From a virus, in the IMG/VR virus record IMGVR_UViG_3300041964_000076, positions 1,498-65,497 of that record: a DNA stretch of 64,000 nucleotides. One strand, given 5' to 3'. The translations under genes and the position numbers were made by a program. Below are positions 53,487 to 62,295 of this stretch, piece after piece. Every line of letters starts with the position of its first letter. Position 1 is the first letter of the stretch. The notes under the pieces are model-generated. The model did no database searches. It was not told the origin of the DNA and was given only the letters and a program-made list of their open reading frames with translations.

Positions 53487-53887
53487 GCAACACAACCACA
53501 ACCGAACTGCTGCCACTGTTTCAAGAGTGGGCAGAGATGGAGAGCGATCGCTGCATTGTTAAACGCTACGGCGATCCAGAAGCTAACTGTTTAAACATTG
53601 AAGTGAAGTTTGTCTGTTGGGTGAGGGTAGTTACTTGCACAAGGGGCGATTTGTCTTTCAGCAAAACAGATCAGGCGATCGTGCAGGCAGTGGTGCAAGA
53701 AGCGATTAGCGATCATGGTTGGTTCGGATCTTCAAATACAGGCAAAGGATCTACTGTAGAAAATCCAACAGCTTTTGTGTCTAGAGGAGTTGGAATCTCT
53801 AGCGACTACTCGGAAGGATTAACCCCAGCGATCGCCCTTCTCGCCGCATACGTGCAAGCCATTCGAGCAGCGAGGGCAGCATCATGA
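53483..53887 (+). CDS. Hypothetical protein (ABA-sandwich-like C-terminus)
   Basis: TPAIALLAAYVQAI. Confidence 0.4.
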   Translation: MSNTTTTELLPLFQEWAEMESDRCIVKRYGDPEANCLNIEVKFVCWVRVVTCTRGDLSFSKTDQAIVQAVVQEAISDHGWFGSSNTGKGSTVENPTAFVSRGVGISSDYSEGLTPAIALLAAYVQAIRAARAAS

Positions 53888-54684
53888 GCGCCCAATATTT
53901 TGGCAGCAAAGCTTCCCTCGCCAAATGGATCTGCAACAACCTGCCAACACATACAACCTACATCGAACCATTCGCAGGTAGCGGGGCAGTCCTACTGCAA
54001 AAGCAACGCTGTCAGTCTGAGCAATTAAACGACCTGAACCAATCAGCCATCAACTATCTGTACTGGCTGCAAAGCGATGTCGCTGGCTTAGTGGATAACA
54101 TTCACCACTTGCAACCAGACTACACGATCGCCCTGCCCACAGAAGACCAGACGATCGCCTCTGCTGCATTCTTCTACCTCTACTCACAGCTCTCGTTTAT
54201 GGGCGGTGGGACTCGTTGGAGTACAGGCGCAAGTACGAACGGCTACCGAATCAACACCGGGCACCTCTGGCAGGACTCGCAGCGCTTGCAAGGCATAAAA
54301 CTGACCAGGCACGATGCCTTTGAGGTGATTGAGCAGGTGAGCGACACAGATACCTTACTTTATGTCGATCCACCCTATCTCGGCTCTGTACGCAAGTCGA
54401 AAGACAACCGTACAGCGAATCCCATTGAGTCGATGCCACGCCGCCAGTACGCCTATGAGTTGCTGAGTGAGGACGAACATAGAAGGTTAGGCGAGGTGCT
54501 ACACCGATCGCCTGCAATGGTCGTCTTAAGCGGTTTCCCATCGAGCTTATACGAGTCGCTGTTTGAAGTGCAGGGGTGGGCAGCAGCAAGCAAACGGGTG
54601 AACGGTGGGGTAGAAAGACTCTGGCTTAATCCTGCTGTACAGAAGCGGCTGCCGCAGTTGAGTTTGTTGGAGGTCGCAGCGTGA
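53884..54684 (+). CDS. Dam-family DNA adenine methyltransferase
   Basis: YFGSK, YIEPFAGSGAV, LNDLN, LYVDPPY. Confidence 0.92.
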   Translation: MSAQYFGSKASLAKWICNNLPTHTTYIEPFAGSGAVLLQKQRCQSEQLNDLNQSAINYLYWLQSDVAGLVDNIHHLQPDYTIALPTEDQTIASAAFFYLYSQLSFMGGGTRWSTGASTNGYRINTGHLWQDSQRLQGIKLTRHDAFEVIEQVSDTDTLLYVDPPYLGSVRKSKDNRTANPIESMPRRQYAYELLSEDEHRRLGEVLHRSPAMVVLSGFPSSLYESLFEVQGWAAASKRVNGGVERLWLNPAVQKRLPQLSLLEVAA

Positions 54685-55043
54685 ACCACTCACCATCGAG
54701 CCTCATCCACTACCTCATCCGCGCCGTGAGGCAGAGCCAAAGCCTCATCGCCACTGAACGCGCGATCGGCTCTCACCTCAAAAAGTCCCTCTGCACTCAA
54801 GCGATGATCCGTCTGGAATGCCTGTATCCCTACACCGTCATTTGGGATCTACAGGTGGTAGATGATGCCCTGTCGCTACTGCTACGCCTTGACTGCCCTT
54901 TTCCTGAAGCTTTCGACCTCTACACGGTAAGAGCGATCGCACTGGTCTTGCAGCAGGAACTAGGCGTAGAGAATTGGGCAATTTTGGGGAGTGACGATCG
55001 CGGCTACCGTGTCCACGGCTCGACTTTGGAGGTAGCAGCGTAA
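54681..55043 (+). CDS. Hypothetical protein
   Basis: Translationally coupled ORF. Confidence 0.4.
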   Translation: MNHSPSSLIHYLIRAVRQSQSLIATERAIGSHLKKSLCTQAMIRLECLYPYTVIWDLQVVDDALSLLLRLDCPFPEAFDLYTVRAIALVLQQELGVENWAILGSDDRGYRVHGSTLEVAA

Positions 55044-56119
55044 TGGCCATCCTTAGAACTTTAGATTTATTTTCAGGCATTGGTGGCTTCTCTCTGGCCG
55101 CTCGCATGGTGGGCGGTATTGAGACACAGCAATTTGTTGAAATCAATCCGTACTGCCAAAAAGTATTAGCAAAGAATTTTCCAGGTATTCCATGCCATGA
55201 CGACATCCGAACCTACACAGCTAAACCTGGAGCTTTTGATCTCATCACCGGAGGCTTCCCATGCCAAGACATTTCAGCCGCAGGTAAGCAGGCAGGCATC
55301 AAAGAAGGCACGCGATCGGGCTTGTTCTTTGAACTCATGCGAATCATTCGCCTGGTTCGACCCCGATACGTTGCTTTGGAAAACGTCTCAGCGTTGCTTG
55401 CTAATGGGATGGACATCGTACTCAGGGAGCTTTCCCAAAGCGGGTACGATGCAGAATGGTCAGTTGTTTCATGCGCCGATGTGGGCGGTGTCCACCTTCG
55501 AGAAAGGGTCTGGATTGTTGCCGACTCCAACGGCATCGGATACGCTCAACCGCAGACCTGGCAACCCTCACACGACGAAGAACGGCACGATTCGCCATGT
55601 GAACGCAGAAGGACATCAGAGCTTTATGCGACTGTCACAGGTTGTACAGTTGCTACCAACACCGCGCCGTACAGATTTCAAGGGAGCTGTCACAGCAAAA
55701 ACTGCTCAAGGATGCCTAGAAAGGGGCTACAGTCCCAACCTGCCAGAGTATTTGCAGTTGAGAAAAGCAGGATTACTGCCAACGCCCACAACACGAGACT
55801 GGAAGCACGGCAGCGCTGCTCAGGTAGACAAGCCACGATCGGAGCAATTGAACGATCGCTGTGCAGCGGCAACGGGCAAGACAAGGCTCAACCCTGTGTT
55901 TGTCGAAATGATGATGGGCTATCCGCAAGGATGGACAGACCTTACCTGATGACCCTGGAAGACTTGCCGCAGTTGTTGCCTTACGCAACCGATAGCGAAC
56001 AAGTAGCCAATCGCAAAGAGCGGTTAGAAGCCTTAGGCAATGCGGTTGTACCCCATGTCGCAGCGATCGCACTCCAACGAATCTTGGCCCTGGAACTTTT
56101 GCGGGAGGTGGCAGCGTAA
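55043..56119 (+). CDS. DNA cytosine-5 methyltransferase (large subunit)
   Basis: LDLFSGIGGF (I), GGFPCQDIS (IV), ENV (VI), RERVW (VIII), ALGNAV (X). Confidence 0.93.
   Translation: MAILRTLDLFSGIGGFSLAARMVGGIETQQFVEINPYCQKVLAKNFPGIPCHDDIRTYTAKPGAFDLITGGFPCQDISAAGKQAGIKEGTRSGLFFELMRIIRLVRPRYVALENVSALLANGMDIVLRELSQSGYDAEWSVVSCADVGGVHLRERVWIVADSNGIGYAQPQTWQPSHDEERHDSPCERRRTSELYATVTGCTVATNTAPYRFQGSCHSKNCSRMPRKGLQSQPARVFAVEKSRITANAHNTRLEARQRCSGRQATIGAIERSLCSGNGQDKAQPCVCRNDDGLSARMDRPYLMTLEDLPQLLPYATDSEQVANRKERLEALGNAVVPHVAAIALQRILALELLREVAA
55197..55949 (+). CDS. Nested alternative-frame ORF, candidate MTase small (beta) subunit
   Basis: 250-codon ORF wholly inside the C5-MTase; LLPTP repeats; RLNPVFVEMMMGYPQGWTD motif IX-like end. 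Confidence 0.7.
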   Translation: MTTSEPTQLNLELLISSPEASHAKTFQPQVSRQASKKARDRACSLNSCESFAWFDPDTLLWKTSQRCLLMGWTSYSGSFPKAGTMQNGQLFHAPMWAVSTFEKGSGLLPTPTASDTLNRRPGNPHTTKNGTIRHVNAEGHQSFMRLSQVVQLLPTPRRTDFKGAVTAKTAQGCLERGYSPNLPEYLQLRKAGLLPTPTTRDWKHGSAAQVDKPRSEQLNDRCAAATGKTRLNPVFVEMMMGYPQGWTDLT

Positions 56120-57665
56120 TGGGTGAAGCCAAACGCCGGAAGCAAAGAACTCCCAACTACGGACAGCCACAGTGCTACGTGCTGAACCTGTACGACGATC
56201 GCCACCAACCGATCGTCTCCATCCCCATGCCCGTCAAGAATCGCGCCAAAGCCTTGATGACAGACTTAAACGCCATCGGCATGGCAGGCTCGATCGTCTG
56301 GTACTTGGTCAATCCCACCGACTACTACTGGAGCAAGGTGCAAGGGGCGATCGCTCAATACTGTCAATCACTTGAGGCCATACCCGACTTCGCCACACTC
56401 CAAGAATGGGCGGCAGTCTTGCCTGAACGTTTCTGGGCGAATGTGGCAAGACCGGATGGGGCGATCGTCCAGTCCAGGGATAACGATCTCGGTCCCACTG
56501 GCGATGTAGTGATGGAGTCTCGCGAGAATGTAGCACCGAAGCAGGAAGGGACGAAGTGCGATCGGCTGACGGATAGAAACTTTATGCAGATGTTGAGGGC
56601 AAGTTGATGAGACTTAAACGCACGACTGAACTAACCGAAGGAATGCGAATCTGTCACCACAAAATGCAGGTTGGTCATCCGGCGTACTGGGAAGGGGCGA
56701 TCGCCCTTGACTCAACGCCGCAGAAGCATTACGTGAGCAATGTGGCGTACCAGAAAGAGCGCGACAGGAGCAAGGGCGTACACGCAACTTGGTATATCGA
56801 CGTGAAGTTTGCCAATGGGCGGATTGAGGATAAGGCGATTTCAGTAACGCGATTTATGGAAACACAACAGGAGGCAGCAGCATGACAAGCGCAACACTCA
56901 AACTGATTGATACCGAGTCCTACGAAACGGTTAAGACTGGCACTCTCAGCAAGGCAAACCTGATTGAGCTATGGGACTTGGGGCTAATCAACGCCACTGG
57001 CTATATTGCCGCTGCTCTCATGCTGGAAGGGGATGAAAAACCGCTAGACATCGAAGGCTTCTGCTTACGCTGGCGAGGTATTCCAGACCCTCAAACAAGC
57101 AAGGTAAAAGCGATTAAACCCAAGCAAGTCAAGTTAGCGCTGATCGTGATGGAAGAGAAAGGCGCGATCGAAGTGCCAGACACGCCGATTCAACTCCGGC
57201 TCAACTTTGGAGGGTAACCGCATGAACAAACCCCAAAGACCACCCGCGATCGACAAGCTTCGATCGGTGACTCACTTCAACACAGTGCTTGGAGCGCTCA
57301 TGCGACAGGGTTACGAAGAAAGCCGATCGCGCCTTGAGTATGAAGAGAATCGCACCCATCTACTCAACCTCTACCGACAGCACCAGCGCAAAGACAAAGT
57401 ACGGCTCTACCCGTTGCCGCCTGACTAGGTTTGTCGCGATCTCAATTTGAAACTTAGGAGCATTTTTATGGACTTAGCACAGCACAACGTACCGATGACG
57501 ATCGCGCAGATGGAAGGGCTAAAAAATCTGCTCACCCATTACTACAAAGACCTAGCAGGCAACCCCGTTTTAGATGCTGAGGCTTACATCAAAGTGTTAG
57601 ACGAAGCGATCGCCAAAGCAGAAGCTACAGAACGCGCGGTGGCAGAAGCAATCGACCTGTCTTAG
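56119..57665 (+). CDS. Five small coupled hypothetical ORFs
   Basis: 56119-56607, 56604-56885, 56882-57217, 57207-57428, 57447-57665. Confidence 0.45.
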
Positions 57666-57706
57666 GTTTGCCGCGATCGTCGGGGCAAAGAGGCGATCGC
57701 TTTTTC

Positions 57707-57934
57707 TCATTCATTAACTTTCAAGTGCGTGTCGTATCCTGCCGCCTTTGCAATTTCAGGCTTTTGCTGTAAAAACTCCATCCAGCGATCGCGAAATTCT
57801 AAACGATCTAAACCTAGCAACTCAGCCGCAAAACCTTCTGTAAGCTGCCCATGAGTGTAAGTAAACAAAATGCAATGGTGCAAACCGTTTAGCCTTACAG
57901 CCTCTTTCTGTTCATCACTTAATCGAACTGCCAT
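57707..57934 (-). CDS. UPF0175-like small HTH protein
   Basis: GQLTEGFAAELLGLDRLEF. Confidence 0.45.
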   Translation of the reverse strand: MAVRLSDEQKEAVRLNGLHHCILFTYTHGQLTEGFAAELLGLDRLEFRDRWMEFLQQKPEIAKAAGYDTHLKVNE

Positions 57935-58010
57935 GACTTCTCCTATAGCAAACAAATATCTAAGGGGCGATCGCGCTGCTGAAACGATGGGCGATCTCAC
58001 TTCTAAGCCG

Positions 58011-58664
58011 CTAAGCAGCCACAGAATCGCTTTCACCTTTCAGCTTTTTTCTGCTGACAAGCTCTTCAGGATGACAGCCAACAACGCTAACTATTGCGTC
58101 AACGATCGTCATGTCAATATCGCTGGGGATGCTGTCAGCGTTGCACCATTGCCGCAATTTGGCAGAACTGACTTTTATAGAAAAGCGATCGCGCAGTTCT
58201 GCCTGAAGTTTTATGCGAGTAACTCTTTGACTTGCCAACACAACTCTCAAAGACCAATCGCGCCCGTACCGATGCTTGCTCCAATCGTAAGGCTTTGGCA
58301 AAACATAGCGATACATCCTTGGAGGCTCTTTGCAAACGGAATACCGATATTTAGATCGGCGCTTGGTCGATGGGTCGTAGTTAAAAAACGGTTTCAGTCT
58401 GCTTATAAAGTAGTTTTCGTATTCATCCAGGAACTCACTCTTTGCAGGAAGCCACGCAATAACAGGAGTAACGTACGGCAAAGCAAGGTCATAAATACTG
58501 TGGGAGAGCCACCTAATAAGAATATTTTTGCTCTGCCCCACATAAAGAATTTCTCTGCGACTGATCACAAAGTAAATGCCAGATACAGCAGGCAAGTTCT
58601 TGCGATCGCGCAGTGGTACAAACGGCAAATCAAACGGATTAACAGAGTCAAGATTCATCGTCAA
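58011..58664 (-). CDS. GIY-YIG nuclease domain plus C-terminal Cro-like HTH
   Basis: SGIYFV...LYVGQSKNILIRWLSH...E...I. Confidence 0.8.
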   Translation of the reverse strand: MTMNLDSVNPFDLPFVPLRDRKNLPAVSGIYFVISRREILYVGQSKNILIRWLSHSIYDLALPYVTPVIAWLPAKSEFLDEYENYFISRLKPFFNYDPSTKRRSKYRYSVCKEPPRMYRYVLPKPYDWSKHRYGRDWSLRVVLASQRVTRIKLQAELRDRFSIKVSSAKLRQWCNADSIPSDIDMTIVDAIVSVVGCHPEELVSRKKLKGESDSVAA

Positions 58665-58912
58665 ATCTTCACTCCAAAGTCAGTGCCTAACACCTCTTCG
58701 ATTTTGCGAAGCGTCTCGACAGGTAGAGCAGACGGTTTGCCCGACTCAATTTTGTACCAGTTAGATGTGGTCATCCCGGCAGCAGCAGCCAACTCTGTGA
58801 TCGACCTGGAATCTGCCTCCCTTGCGGCTTTAATAAGCACTTCTAAGCCAGGTACATCTATAACCCTGCTAACCCTCATCACAGCTTGCACCATTAGATT
58901 TTCACCTTCCAC
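58661..58912 (-). CDS. XRE-family HTH regulator
   Basis: SITELAAAAGMTTSNWYKIESG. Confidence 0.85.
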   Translation of the reverse strand: MEGENLMVQAVMRVSRVIDVPGLEVLIKAAREADSRSITELAAAAGMTTSNWYKIESGKPSALPVETLRKIEEVLGTDFGVKI

Positions 58913-58986
58913 TATATGTTGTCATCCATCACTATACTACTTTCCACTATTAGTTGACAAGCATAAGTTGACATCTTATAGTGGAA
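58907..58986 (+). promoter_or_regulatory. Consensus promoter for the replication operon with operator-like sites
   Basis: TTGACA(58954)-17-TATAGT; TTCCACTAT at 58907 and 58942, inverted ATAGTGGAA at 58978. Confidence 0.7.
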
Positions 58987-59469
58987 TAGACAGACAAAAC
59001 GAATCGCCGCTGCCCAGCCCCGACCAAGAAGCAAGCAACGGCGATCGCTAAACCCTCACAAAGGATTCAGAACAATGGTATCAGCAACCCAAGCCCAAGC
59101 AGCATTAGCAGCTTACGCAGCAGGCGACATTGCCCAGATTCAAGCGCTCACAGCAGACCGATCGAAGATCGTCATGCATAAAGATTCCAGACAGCTTGGT
59201 TACGTCTCTGCCTGGTTCAACGTGATGGCAAGCAACAACGCCACAGGCAAGAGCGAACAGATTGACGTTTATATGCCGCTACTAGGGATTGACGCGGTAG
59301 CGATGGCGCAACGGACGATTAACGCTGCTTACAAAGGCTGCTACGTGGTAGTGAGCGCTCAACTGCAAGAGAACACACCGTTTTAATTTCTTCTCTACTC
59401 TTTCAGGTTGAAGCGGCTGAAACCTGAAAACTGCCGTACAACGTAAACCGCTAATTCAGGCAAAAACAA

Positions 59470-60474
59470 ATGAGTACTATTACTTTCAGCAACGAAGATT
59501 TTCCATCCTTGGCAGACAACGAGTATCTGAGTGAATGGAACCAGATTGGTTTTAGTGATTTGCGTGAAGGCGAACAAGCCTTGCTGCAACAGTTTCTAGC
59601 TTATACAGATATCGCTGAGATTGACTTTGAGAACCTGTTGCTAGTCAAAGCAGCGGATGGCGGTTTCTTCAAGAACGTTTACGGTCCGTCTGTGTTTCAG
59701 CGCGAGGGTGGCTTAATCGTCAAGGTTGGCGGCAACGAGCTGCCAATGGCTGAAGAGAAAGATGCAAAGGGTGCAATCAACCTGTTTCGGATTGGAACCC
59801 TGACCGGGACAATTGCGTTTGCTGATGAGCCGATTGAGATTGACCTGGATGTAGTTGACCCAATAACTAACAAGAAAACAGGTGAAAAAGCCAAAATTAA
59901 TTACTTTCCGGCTCGGATCGATTTCATGCCAGAAGACGGTACTGAGATTGAATACCGCATTCGAGTCAGCTTTCAGATAACAACCGAGCCGAGTCCAAGC
60001 AAAGTCAGGGCAGCGATGAAACGAGGTGATTCGATCGCTAAGTTTCTGCGCGAACCGGGTCAAGGCGGTGGCGGTGGTGACGCTGGCAAGATGCAAGAAC
60101 TAGGGAATGGTGAGTTTCCAGTTGAAAGCTACCGCGCGGTCGAAACCAACCAGTATGGCACTCGTTACATCATCAAGTTAGTCGATGGGCGAGAAGTCTG
60201 GAGTCGGGGTAATTGCGATATGCAGCTTAAGGATGAGCTGTCTCGTAGTTCAGTCGATCGCGCTTTAGCCGAAGGCAAGCCAGTCACGCTGACAACTGCC
60301 AACATCAAAATTGGCTCTGATGGCAAATGTCGCATGGATTGCGCTTTACGTTTACGTGCTCCGCGTTCTGCCGATGACTCACTTGGAGAAGCAAAAAAGC
60401 CTAACGTTACTCCTGTTAGAGAGTTGGCAGCAGCAGGCAGTGGCAAAGCCAGCAAAGACAATATCCCGTTCTAA
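59470..60474 (+). CDS. Replication/recombination protein, possibly SSB-like
   Basis: C-terminal DNIPF tip; upstream of the helicase. Confidence 0.4.
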   Translation: MSTITFSNEDFPSLADNEYLSEWNQIGFSDLREGEQALLQQFLAYTDIAEIDFENLLLVKAADGGFFKNVYGPSVFQREGGLIVKVGGNELPMAEEKDAKGAINLFRIGTLTGTIAFADEPIEIDLDVVDPITNKKTGEKAKINYFPARIDFMPEDGTEIEYRIRVSFQITTEPSPSKVRAAMKRGDSIAKFLREPGQGGGGGDAGKMQELGNGEFPVESYRAVETNQYGTRYIIKLVDGREVWSRGNCDMQLKDELSRSSVDRALAEGKPVTLTTANIKIGSDGKCRMDCALRLRAPRSADDSLGEAKKPNVTPVRELAAAGSGKASKDNIPF

Positions 60475-60569
60475 CCTGATTGCTTGAGTCAAAGAAAACC
60501 CCCTGCGTCAACAGGGGGTGTCCACTACACCGCTTTGCTTTTACACAACTAACGGGTTAGCTAAAAATT

Positions 60570-62229
60570 ATGGTACAGGTTTACAGACCACAAGCTAGGC
60601 ATCAAGATCCGATTGCAGCAGCGCTGCTCTGTTTAGCGACTGCCTGCGACGGAGCCAACCAGCGAGACAGCATTGGTTTTAATGCGACCGATACAAACTT
60701 TGGGCACTCACTAGCACAACAGGTACGTGATGACCGTGAACTGACAACCAATCAACGCCAGGCAGCGTTAGCCATGCTGAAGAAGTATCGACGGCAATTA
60801 GAAGCCGCAGATATTTTCTTGCCGACCATACCTGAACTGTTGGGATTGGTTGAGTCAGAAACGGAATCAGATGATGAAGACTATGAAGATTCAGAAGACT
60901 CTGAATTAGACGCAGTAACAAGACCATCTGAGTTTCGACTGAACCAACAGCAGCAAGCAGCGATCGCGCTAATGCGAGAGTTTTTAGGCTCAGACTCTAC
61001 CTGGTTTGTACTTAAGGGCTATGCCGGGACTGGGAAGACAACGACGATTCAGACCCTAGTCAAAGAATTTCAGACGCAGCGTAAGGGCTACATCTGCATG
61101 GCAGCACCGACCAATAAAGCGGTCAAAGTGCTGAAGCGGATGGCAGCGAAAGAAGGACTGCACAACATTGACTTTGCAACGGTCTATCAACTGCTGGGTA
61201 TGAAGCTAGAAGTGGATGACGATGGCAAAGAAAAGCCTGTCAGCGACCCCAACGGCAACAGTAGTTTTGATCAATATGACCTGATCATCTGCGATGAAGC
61301 CAGCATGATCAACAGCGAGATTTTGACCTGCATTCAAGGTGAGACACGCAAAGGTTTCCCCAAAGTCATCTTCATGGGTGATCCGGCTCAGTTGCCGCCT
61401 GTCGGTGAAAAGGAAAGCGCTGTCTTTGTGATTGAGCCACAAACTGAACTAACAGAAGTTATGCGCTACGGTTCAGTGATTGGCAATTTAGTCACCAAAA
61501 TCCGCACTGACTTAGAAGCAAAGACACCGCCATTCATGCGATCGGCTTGCTCAGACGAAGGTGAAATCAAGGTTTCTGATAAGTTTGATTGGTTGGATGA
61601 CCTGATTGCTGCTTACAAGTCAGAGGCGTATCAGCTTAACCCAGACCACTGCAAAGCGCTGGCATGGACGAATAAAACCGTTGATTGGCTGAATCGCTAT
61701 ATCAGAGACAACCTTTACGGTCTAGACGCAGAACAATTCATGCGTGATGAGCGCCTGATTGCTGTCAAGCCACTCGTACAAGAGCGCGAAGTAGTCATGC
61801 AGACTTCATCAGAATGCACAGTGCTGGGTGCAGACCGCGATCAGTATGTAACAGGTAAAGAAGTATGGCAATGCATCCGACTGCGCTTGCTGACTGAAGA
61901 CGATCGACGGATACGACGATCGCGCTTGCTGCATCTGAACAAGAACGATTGTCGATCGTTTTGCAGTCTTACGCGAAGCCGCCTTTAAGTTAGAGCGTGG
62001 CAGTGCTGAGTGCAAAGCAAAATGGCGCGAGTATTACAACCTGAGAAATGCCTTTGCACCGCTTAACTACGCTTACGCCTTAACGGTCCATAAAAGCCAG
62101 GGTAGTACGTTCAACGAAGTCTACGTAGCACTCAGCGACATCATGCGGTGCAAAGACATCAAGCAACGCAATCAATTGCTGTATGTGGCAATGAGTCGCG
62201 CCAGCCAAAAGCTTTTCATCTCAAAGTAA
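60570..62229 (+). CDS. Dda/RecD-like SF1B helicase (frameshifted C-terminus)
   Basis: GYAGTGKTT, APTNKA, ICDEASM, GDPAQLPPV, YALTVHKSQGSTF. Confidence 0.9.
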
Positions 62230-62241
62230 TGAGCTCCTGTT

Positions 62242-62265
62242 TTACTCCCTCAATTGAGGGAGTAA
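62242..62265. other. Perfect 24-bp palindrome between helicase and primase
   Basis: TTACTCCCTCAATTGAGGGAGTAA. Confidence 0.7.
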
Positions 62266-62295
62266 CCCGCTTCGCTGCACTCTGCGGTAATCGTC

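Noticed and set aside
52680-56119. Complete restriction-modification or BREX/DISARM system
   Set aside because: No cognate nuclease or partner genes; the methyltransferases look like orphan phage enzymes.
57870-59051. 393-aa plus-strand ORF
   Set aside because: Shadow frame antisense to the GIY-YIG and XRE genes and crossing a promoter; no recognisable motifs.
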